In this document: piece after piece, positions 54,422-64,000 of the stretch
How positions within the stretch are numbered: the first letter of the stretch is position 1
Layout of the letters: each line of letters starts with the position of its first letter
Source of the DNA: Octopus sinensis
Lineage: Eukaryota
Length of the DNA: 64,000 bases
Direction of reading: 5' to 3'
NCBI RefSeq assembly: GCF_006345805.1
Contig: NC_043000.1
Span: 118,296,001 to 118,360,000, forward strand
The notes under the pieces: generated by a model
Told to the model about the DNA's origin: nothing
Seen by the model: only the letters and a program-made list of their open reading frames with translations
The model's database searches: none
Position numbers and translations under genes: made by a program

Positions 54422-54558
54422 AACCTTCGAACAAGGGAGGTCAGTCGCTCCACACTACTTGACCGACAGCTACAGACGCGTTTCGGGGTATTGCCCCTTT
54501 TCAATGTAGCGTAGTCAGACCAGTAGGTGTCGCTTCCGACAATCTCTGTTCGAAGGTT
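54422..54558 (-). ncRNA. Rod-like hairpin capped by a degenerate hammerhead (54469-54510)
   Basis: GCUACA-UUGAAAA-GGGG(caaua)CCCC-GAAA-CGCG-UC|UGUAGC; terminal inverted repeat aaccttcgaaca/tgttcgaaggtt. Confidence 0.65.
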
Positions 54559-54644
54559 TTATTTACCTAGTTTCAGTGGAATACATCCACTTGTTTTCAA
54601 TAATAGAAATATTATTTTAGAGAGACTTAGTAATTTTAATATTT

Positions 54645-54645
54645 C

Positions 54646-54682
<37 letters not shown>

Positions 54683-54740
54683 TGTAAATATATATATATA
54701 TAATTTTTTTTATATATATATTTATATAAATATATATATA

Positions 54741-54804
<64 letters not shown>

Positions 54805-54861
54805 CTATATATATATATAATATATATATATATATAAATATATATATATAATATATTATAT

Positions 54862-54917
<56 letters not shown>

Positions 54918-54918
54918 C

Positions 54919-54951
<33 letters not shown>

Positions 54952-54985
54952 ATATGTATATATATATACATGCACCTATATATAT
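54645..54985. repeat. (TA)n microsatellite
   Basis: Direct inspection. Confidence 0.9.
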
Positions 54986-54993
54986 AGTTTTAG

Positions 54994-55031
54994 TCTTTTA
55001 CGTTTCGAGCTTACGCTCTTCAACAGAAAGA
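54994..55031 (-). ncRNA. Variant hammerhead motif (CUGUUGA core)
   Basis: UCUUU-CUGUUGA-AGAG(cguaa)gCUC-GAAA-CG-UA|AAAGA; sister copy of 52888-52924. Confidence 0.55.
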
Positions 55032-56850
55032 GATAAGAGAAAAATAGAGAGAGAATGCAAAAACATTTTAGTGGTCCAGCATGGCATATATGCATACATA
55101 TATACGACGGGCTTCTCTTAGTTTTCGTCTACCAAATCCACTCACAAGAGTTTGTTTGGCCCGGGGTTATAATAGAAGACACTTGCCCCAGGCACCAAGC
55201 AGTGGGTCTGAACCTGGAACCATGTAATTTGGAAGCAAACTTTTTACTACACAGCCAGGTGATATGTGTGACGATGAATTAGGAAAAGAACGCTCAATTA
55301 TACGTATTTGAAAATTTTCACCAATGGCCCAAGTCCTAGTTTCCAGGTGAAGCTTCAGGGACCATTATATTATCTAGCAATTACGTAAAGTAGCGAAATG
55401 CTTAGCGGTATTTCGTCTGCTGCTACGTTCTGAGTTCAAATTCCACCGAGGTCGACTTTGCCTTTCATCCTTTCGGGGTCGATAAATTAAGTACCAGCTA
55501 CGCACTGGGGTCGATGTAATCGACTTAATTCCTTTGTCTATCCTTGTTTGTCCTCTCTGTTTTTAGCCCCTTGCGGATGGTAAAGAAATAGGTATTTCGT
55601 CTGCTGCTACATCTTGAGGTCAAATTCCACCAAGGTCGACTTTGCCTTTCATCCTCTTGGGGTCGATAAATTAAGTAGCAGTTGCGTACCGGGGTCAGTC
55701 TAATCGACTGGCCCTACCTCCCCAAAAATTTCGGGCGTTGTGCCTAGAGTAGAAAAGAAACAGTCTGTTCTGTATTTGTTCGCTGAAGCGAGTAAGTGAT
55801 TTACCGTCGATTTTGTTTTGAATTATTACCTTTTCATCGAATAAACTATTTACTCTATATGTTTACCCAGCCAAATTTTTTACACACACACACACATGCA
55901 CAAGCACGTGCATTTTATATCTTCATCCCACCACATATTCTTATATAATTTTTTTTCTATCCAAGCATGTAGGCAATAACAAAAGCAAATACAATCATTA
56001 TTCATAAAGAAATTATTATCATTATCATTATTATTATTATTGGCAAGAGTGGATGGTACGTCACTATGTGTAGACATGTGAGACGAAGAAACGGAATTGG
56101 GGAGTACACTAGCTCATGGTGTTCAGGTAGATTTTGGAGGGTGGGGGTTCCTCGATTAGCCCTAGAGGTCCTCCTGTATCAGGAGGACTACATCATTTTT
56201 TTCATTTTTACCTCTGTATTTTATATGTACTTCTTTTCCTTTTCATTATATAACGCGTACATTCGACGAGCTGGCAGAAACGTTAGCGCGCCGGGCGAAA
56301 TGCTTAGCGGTATTTCGTCTGTCTTTACGTTCTGAGTTCAAATTCCGGTGAGGTCGACTTTGCCTGTCATCCTTTCGGGGTCAATTAAATAAGTACCAGT
56401 TACACACTGGGGTCGATATAATCGACTTAATCCGTTTATCTGTCCTTGTTTGTCCTCTCTGTATTTAGCCCCTTGTGGGTAGTAAAGAAATAGTTATTTT
56501 CGACTGCCTTTACGTTCTGAGTTCAAATTCTGCCGAGGTTGACTTCACTTTTCATCCTTTCGGGGTGGATAAATTAACTACCAGCTGCATACTGAGGTCG
56601 ATAAATTAAGTACCAGTTGCATACTGGGTCGATCTAATCGACAGCCCCCTCCCCAAAACTTTCGGGCCTTGTGCCTTGAGTAGAGAAGATTATATATGTG
56701 TATAGTCACTCCTTTTCCATTCCTTTTTGTTGTTATTTATCTACTTTATCATTTCATTATATGTAAACCACCACCACCGCCACCACCACACTCATTTTAT
56801 GTTTGTCTTTCTATTGTCCCCCGCATTCTACGCTCAGATGGAAAATAAAG

Positions 56851-56885
<35 letters not shown>

Positions 56886-56898
56886 GTCATCGTCATCG

Positions 56899-56933
<35 letters not shown>

Positions 56934-58325
56934 GATGTTATTCCTTCCTCTTTGCGTCAGGCATTTAACCTGAGACATGCGCGTTAAACACTGTCATACA
57001 TTATGCACACCATTGTATCTTTGACGTACGCTGACTAATCTTTTCTCTCAGCTGATTGACGAGTAAAATAAACTAATAACACGAGGATGGGATTTTAAAG
57101 AAGTGACTGCAAGAAGGAATGCGATATGGAAATCGGTTTAGGCAGGTAAGCAGATGATTTTGTGAAATATCTATATCTGAGAATTCATTTCTTTGTAGAC
57201 TCAAACTAGCAGTATCGCCCGGCGTTGCTCGGGTTTGTTTCGACCCTTTAGAATTGGAATTTTTGAAACGTAAAAATTTTGCATTATGTAGCTTGTTATT
57301 CTCTTTAAGTGGACATTTTTCTGGTTGAAATACACCGAAAAATGACGACACAGCAGTCAAAAGATCGTAAAAAATAGGGATTTTCATAGAAAAAAAGCAC
57401 CTTTTTGATGTAAATAATTTTTGGTGTTAACATGGTCCGATTTGAATTTTTTCATCTACGGAAGGAAGATCAAGCCTTTTTCTATCATACTCTCAATTTT
57501 GGTCAACTTGCGCCGCAGGGTCTCGGAGGAGATAGTGTTAGTTGAAGGCTACCAAACTTGCCATACACAGACAACTTCAGCTTTATATATAGAGAGATAT
57601 ATATGCGTTCAAAAACAACAACGTAAAATTGCATATGTCTGTTGATTAATTGGAGAAAATATGACTTTCTGTAGAGAAGATATATAGTTCGTAGGTTACT
57701 GTAATGCATCTGCGACTCTACATAATTTTATGCCCAATGGGCAATAGTTGATACCTCCACCATACACATATCTGTGTGTGTGCGTGTGCGTGTGTGTCTG
57801 TGTGTGTGTGTTTGTATATACCACATATACACCACGCCAGCTCTCATATACTCTTTTACTCTTTTACTTGTTTCAGTCATGTGATTGTGGCCATGCTGGA
57901 GCACCGCCTTTAGTTGTGAAAATCGACCCCAGGACTTATTCTTTGTAAACCTAGTACTTATTCTATCGGTGTCTTTGGCTCAACCGTTAAGTTACGGGGA
58001 CATAAACACACCAGCATTGTTTGTCAAGCGATGTTGGTGGGGACAAACACAGACACACATACACATACATATACATATATATGACGGGTTTCTTTCAGTT
58101 TCTGTCTGCCAAATCCACTCACAAGGCTTTGGTCAGCCCGAGGCGATAGTAGAATACACTTGCCCAAGGTGCCACGCAGTGGGACTGAACCTGGAACCAT
58201 GTGGTTGGTAAGCAAGCTACTTACCACACAGCCACTCCTACGCCTACATACATACATACATACATACATACATACATACATACATACACACATGTATGTA
58301 TGTATGTATGTATTATGTATGTATG

Positions 58326-58356
<31 letters not shown>

Positions 58357-58364
58357 TACGTACA

Positions 58365-58765
58365 CAGGGTGTTAAAAAAGTTTCTCCGCAGTGAATTTTT
58401 CGGTGAACGGATTATCTCGAAGGGACTTTGGCCACGAAGATCACCTGATTTAACAACGCCATACCTTTTTCTCCTGGGGAGAAAGTAAAGGATCAGTATA
58501 GAAGAATCGCCCGAAAACCATTAATGAGCTAAAAGACGCAATCATAACCTTCACGTGGTCCATACCCATTCAGACTCTCCAAGATGTGTCTCAAAACATG
58601 TGTACTTCCGCATTGAAAATGAAGAACGATACTTTCAACACCTCTCATAAAGTTTATTTTTAAATCTTGTAACTTCTTCTAAATACTTTTGTAGTCTTAT
58701 ACCATCCTATAAATATATATTTCGCAATTAAATACTTACTGCGGAGAGACGTTTTGAACACCCTC
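58365..58765 (+). mobile_element. Internally deleted Tc1/mariner element
   Basis: TIR cagggtgttaaaaaagtttctccgcagt / actgcggagagacgttttgaacaccctc; FGERIISKGLWPRRSPDL transposase fragment. Confidence 0.82.
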
Positions 58766-58781
58766 TATATATATATACATA

Positions 58782-59319
58782 CAGTGATGCCTCGATATAC
58801 GAGTTCATTTTTACTCGGAGACTGCTTGTAAAGCGAAAACTCGTAAAGTAGAGCAATAATTTCCAATAGTAGCAATATTATAAATCACAATTCGTTCCCA
58901 GAAACATATTTTACCAATAAAATTCATAAAACTCGTAAATAAATGACAACAAAGCAACAGTAGAATGTAAAGAATCTTTATAATATAAAATCCTTTATAA
59001 TAAAAAAATATTATGATTGTTTTTTTAATAACTTTTACTCGTATTACACTCGGGCACACCATTACTTGTAGATGCGATCGCCGATTCACAAGCACTCGTA
59101 GACGGACTGGTAGATTTCTTTTTAAAAATCAAGTCTACAGTTTTTTGCGTACAAGCTTTTTTCTGCATTCTATAAATTTCTCGATAATACGCAGAAGCAT
59201 TTGCTATGATAGCAGAAACTTATGCACTTCGTTCAAAATTTGGATCTTCTTGCTTGAGAAATAAAACTCGTAAACCCGAGGTCACGTAAAACGAATCCTC
59301 GTAAAAGGAAGTATTGCTG
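58782..59319 (-). mobile_element. Non-autonomous Tigger/pogo-like element
   Basis: TA then CAGTGATGCCTCGATATACGAG at the left end with a related right end; the minus strand encodes EDPNFERSA*VSAIIANASAYYREIY...KTVDLIF (Tigger C-terminus). Confidence 0.78.
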
Positions 59320-59493
59320 TGCATACGTACACAACCAGGTGGTGCTTAAGTTTGATGTGTCTTACGCCAATCGTTGGCCGAAACATATCTAAGTTATCTA
59401 AGTCAACATATATGTACCATATATATATATATATAGTAGTAACAGAAAAAAGGAATTTCGATTATACCCGCGTGGTGAGTTCCTTTTTTAATT

Positions 59494-59543
<50 letters not shown>

Positions 59544-59547
<4 letters not shown>

Positions 59548-59621
59548 GATAAAAGGCTTCCAAATAAGGAAGCGTAGTGCTAGAAACACAAAAAGGGATA
59601 ATTTGGAAGCCTTTTATCATA
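59544..59621. repeat. 78-bp hairpin with perfect 22-bp arms next to a TA tract
   Basis: atatgataaaaggcttccaaat / atttggaagccttttatcatat. Confidence 0.85.
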
Positions 59622-59707
59622 TTTCTATACGAAAAATATATAGTCTAATGACTAATTCGTCTTTTGTGCTAGGCCACTGGTAAAAATAATTTATTTTATT
59701 ACCCTAT

Positions 59708-59750
<43 letters not shown>

Positions 59751-59802
59751 TATATATATATATATAATATATATATAATATATATGTATATATATATATA
59801 TG

Positions 59803-59857
<55 letters not shown>

Positions 59858-60623
59858 AGAGAGAGAGAGAGAGAGAGAGATAGGAAAGGGATGCGTGGTG
59901 TTCGATCATATGATATAAATAATATATAAATATATGCATATATACATACATATATGTACGTACCTACATATATATGTATATATACATGCATATATAGGTA
60001 CAGGACATCAAAAAAGAAAAAAAAACTTGAACACAATGAGAAACGAAATCATAAAAGAGAAACATAGAAAACGAACTTTTTTTCGAACAACGAAAAAAAA
60101 CAGAGAAACGAGACATGCAACATAAAAAATATTCCCATTCATCAGTTGTCCCTGTTTCATCTACACCGCGTTTCAAAGGTAACGCGGAGTAGCTGAAACA
60201 GGGAGTAGACTTTATTATCCGAGGGGTTTCGCTAAGATATTTCTTTGAAACAGACAATCTCTATTTCAAGAACGTTCAATACAACTCGTACTTTTCCAAA
60301 TAAAAATCGAATTTTGTGAAGGCGTCAATGATAGATCAGCGAAGCACGGCGGCACAAAATTTTCTAATGTTTGGTAAGACATTTTTATTCTATTTCAAAC
60401 CAAATAAACAATTACGTAACTACGCGTGGAAATATGAAAATAAAGAGTTAAAATCTAACCTTATCAGGAGTGGCTGTGGTAAGTAGCTTGCTTACCAACA
60501 ACATGGTTCCGGATTCAGTCCCACAGCGTGACACCTTGGGCAAGTGTCTTCTACTATAGCCTCGGGCCAACCAAAGCCTTGTGAGTAGATTTGGTAGACG
60601 GAAACTGAAAGAAGCCCGTCATA

Positions 60624-60720
<97 letters not shown>

Positions 60721-60944
60721 GTTTGTGTGTCTGCGTTTGTCCCTCCAACATCGCTTGACAACCGATGCTGGTATGTTTGCTTCCCCGTAAATTAGCGGTT
60801 CGGCAAAAGTGACCGATAGAATAAGTACTAGGCATACAAAGAATAAGTCCTGGGGGTCGATTTGCTCGACCAAAGGCGGTACTCCAGCAAGGCCGCAGTC
60901 AAATGACTGAAACAAGTAAAAGAGTAAAAGAGTAATAATTACTG

Positions 60945-61640
60945 ACGCAGTCATGCTTGAGTGCTTACTTGATTTTCACTGAAAACCATGAAGAAGCGGT
61001 GTACACGTCCTTGGACCAAAACAAAAATCGTGATCTGTGAGCAATGGACGGTTAAGATGAATACGGTTGAGGATTTCAGGTATCCTGGAAGTTGAGTAAA
61101 CAACTCCGATATTGATATCAAAGTAGGAAAAGCACAAGCTTGTACAGCATGTCACAAACTCAAGAGAATATGGAAATGAAGATGGCTAAGGGGAACAGAA
61201 ATCCCTCTGCTTCTTCTCACTGCCGAGTCACTTCTTTTATATAGCAACGAAACGTGGACACTTACCAAACAAGTAAAGAAGAGTTTTAGATGGATACACA
61301 AGGATGCTAGGAATATCCCTGGATGCGATGTGGCAGCAGTACATGACCAGTGAGTATCTCTATGGAAGCCTTCCAAAAGTGCCCAACAAGATCGGAAAAC
61401 GAAGAAGAAGAAGAAGAAGAAGAAGAAGAAGAAGAAGAAGAAGAAGAAGAAGAAGAAGAAGAAGAAGAAGAAGAAGAAGGAGAAGAAGAAGAAGAAGAAG
61501 AATCAAAATTTTGCTCTGGAGCAAAAAGCATGAAACTCGCAAGCGTGACAGGCGTCATCTGACATTTGTCAACAACTTGAAGGACAAATGCCTCAAGAGT
61601 GAATTAAATAGAGGGAAACTGTATGAAGATCTGCTATAAA
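60945..61640 (+). mobile_element. Decayed RTE-clade LINE C-terminus with an internal (GAA)n expansion
   Basis: VEDFRYPGS; AESLLLYSNETWTLTK; RMLGISLDAMWQQYMTSEYLYGSLPKVPNKIGKRR; (GAA)n at ~61400-61500. Confidence 0.78.
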
Positions 61641-62599
61641 TGTATGTGTAAGTGTGTGTTTTTGTGTCTGAGGTTGCCCACTACCGATTGACATCCGGTG
61701 CTGGTTTGTTTATGTCACCGTAAATAAGTGATTCGGCCAAATACACCAATAAGATAAATACCAGAGTTAAGACAACAAGAAATGGGATAGCTTTGTTTGA
61801 CACAAACCTTCAAGATGGTACTCCAGCATGGTCGCAGTCTCATGACTGAAACAAGTAATAGATAATTCCTGAGACACATTAATCAATGTTCAAACTTTTA
61901 GGTTATGGAACCGTACAAAAACATTGGTTTCTTTCAGTTTCCGTCTACCAAATCCGCATGCAAGCCTTTGATCGGTCCGGGGCTATAGTAGAAGACACTC
62001 GCCCAAGGTACCAATTGAATCCAAACCGTATGATTTGGAAGCGAACTTTTTACCACACAGTCACGTGCTGTATGCGTTCATGAATTAGTACAAAGGTACT
62101 CAATTACGATAATATGTACTTGCAAATTTTTAATCAATGGAACCCAATCCTAGTTTCCAGTTCAATAACCATGAAAATTACAAATACTCTGAACTACTTC
62201 CGTTCGATGAAACTAGTGTCATTTTGTTTTCTATATTCAACCGATCGCAGGTGTTTATTATCTTTTTTTGTTTTTATCAAAATGAAGATTTACCTTACTA
62301 ATATTAATATATCTAAGTTAAGGCGGCGAGCTGGCAGAATTGTTAGCACGCCGGGCGAAATGCTCAGTGGTATTTCGTCTGCCGCTACGTTCTGAGTTCA
62401 AATTCCGCCGAGGTCCACTTTGCCTGTCATCCTTCGGGGTCGATTAAATAAGTACCAGTTATGCACTGGGGTCGATATAATCGACTTAATCTGTTTGTCT
62501 GTCCTTGTTTGTCTTCTCTGTGTTTAGCTCCTTGTGGGTAGTAGAGAAATAGGTAATCTAAGTTTTCAGTGGCCAGGGTGTAGCTCTGGTGGCAACAGT

Positions 62600-63540
62600 A
62601 AGACATGCCAGCTTTCCTGCCGACGGATGCTGCAGACTGGTGGAATATGTGTGATTTCTCACGGAGGCAAAATTGGCAATTACGAGGCTCTCTATTAAGG
62701 ATGTGGTGCTGGGGGTTTTGTTTCTCTAATCTCGAAGTTTCCAGACAAAGCGAGACATGGAGGTAGATGTTTTTCTGTTCTACATCAGAAGAAAAGCATG
62801 TGTTTCGTGTATCTTCCTTTAAAGATATTGGCTGTTATGCCTGTATGGTGTCTCGTGGTGGTAGCTTTATAGGAAAAAGCTTTTGAGGATCTTGCCAATG
62901 GGTGGTTGATAGGGTGTCGGTTAAGTGTCGGTAATTATTAGTTGCAGTGTAGGGTGAAGATTGTATGGGGATGAATTTGCTTCTGTTATTGCACTCAACT
63001 TCAAAGATTATAAGAATTAAAGTGTTTAAGATATCTGTGCTGTCCGATCCTATCTAATCAGCGTCAGGAAGCTCCTAGCTATATTTGTAGAAACATCTGA
63101 TTGAATGGAAAATTAAACTTGATTGCTTTTCACTCTCTAAATCTCTTAACGTTTGAGATGAGCATTCTCCATATACACTAACTTATCAGTAAAACCACTC
63201 CTCACAAGTGCCTCATTATTGTTGCATACCACACATAAATTCAAGCCTCTGCTGCTGATACTTGTGACTAGGTTTCTAATTACAGCTGGGGATGGGAGCC
63301 TATGAATACTAGAACTTTCATCGTTCAGCTTTTCGTAAGGATATCACTTGCTTGTCTCGATGTCTAGAGTTAGGCCCAGGAAATTCACTTTTACTATAGT
63401 GGTGGAAGAAGAGCAAGGCCGAATTCTTTGTCGATATTTATAAGTTTCTCTCTCAGTTCATCCGTAGTGTGGTTGTTTATATGACTAGAGATTACCATCA
63501 GCTATCTGCGGATAGCTTTTTAGCGGATGTAGGATAAATA
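62600..63540 (-). mobile_element. Decayed Penelope-like element (RT plus GIY-YIG)
   Basis: TDELREKLINIDKEFGL; VNFLGLTLDIET; HPPAVIRNLVTSISSR; YTGITANIFKGRY; STSMSRFVWKLRD. Confidence 0.8.
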
Positions 63541-64000
63541 ATCCGACCTACCCTATATGATCCCCCTATCCTGGGTTGCAGAAAGGAGACAACCTTCAAA
63601 GAAATCCGGAGTGGAGCCCCGTAAGCGGTTTAGTGTTCGACTCGACACTCTTCCGGCAGCTCCTGCAACCAAGCTGGTGCCAAACATAATGCTCTGCACT
63701 CCTTTGGACTACGTCAGCAAGGTCGAGAGAGGAATCCTGATGACTGGGCTACCCAGGATTTTCTTACATCTAGCCCAGGCCTGCGCAAAACTGGAGAGGA
63801 AACTGGAGGGGACATGAAATGTAAAAGCCAGGCAGGATTAGTCTGGTTTAGTGTTTGTAATTTCCATTGTCTCCCGAGACAAAAGGATGCCCACAACAAC
63901 ATTTTATTCACGATTTTCCTGTTATTTTTTTATTGGTGGTGGTGGTGGTGGTGGTGGTGGTAAGACGTACTCTTTTACCCTTTTACTTGTTTCAGTCATT

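Noticed and set aside
61304-61639. Poly-Arg / poly-Glu / poly-Ser ORFs
   Set aside because: (GAA)n expansion inside a dead RTE fragment.

Overview
AT-rich, repeat-dense animal genomic DNA. The SINE repertoire and (TA)n load resemble Octopus/cephalopod DNA; this is an inference from remembered repeat sequences, not a database result. The only host gene I can support is the 3' part of an OATP/SLCO organic-anion transporter on the + strand: 8 coding exons from 3828 to the stop at 35032, all with AG/GT boundaries and consistent phases. Its N-terminal exons lie upstream of the window. The rest is transposon-derived: tRNA-headed SINE families, RTE/RTE-X, CR1/L2-like and R4/Dong-like LINE remnants, three Penelope-like element (PLE) remnants, mariner/Tc1/maT/Tigger relics, MITEs, Helentron-type elements, long palindromes and kb-scale TA arrays. 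The most notable unexplained signal is a set of about 11 minimal type-I hammerhead-ribozyme motifs with the palindromic stem III typical of PLE/retrozyme hammerheads. They occur in four contexts: a 354-bp retrozyme-like 1.2-mer on the sense strand of the last SLCO intron, the apex of long inverted-repeat elements, the tail of a tRNA-headed SINE, and a ~200-bp TA-embedded element. Seven of them cluster within 52.8-55.1 kb. All folds were done by eye; catalytic activity is untested.
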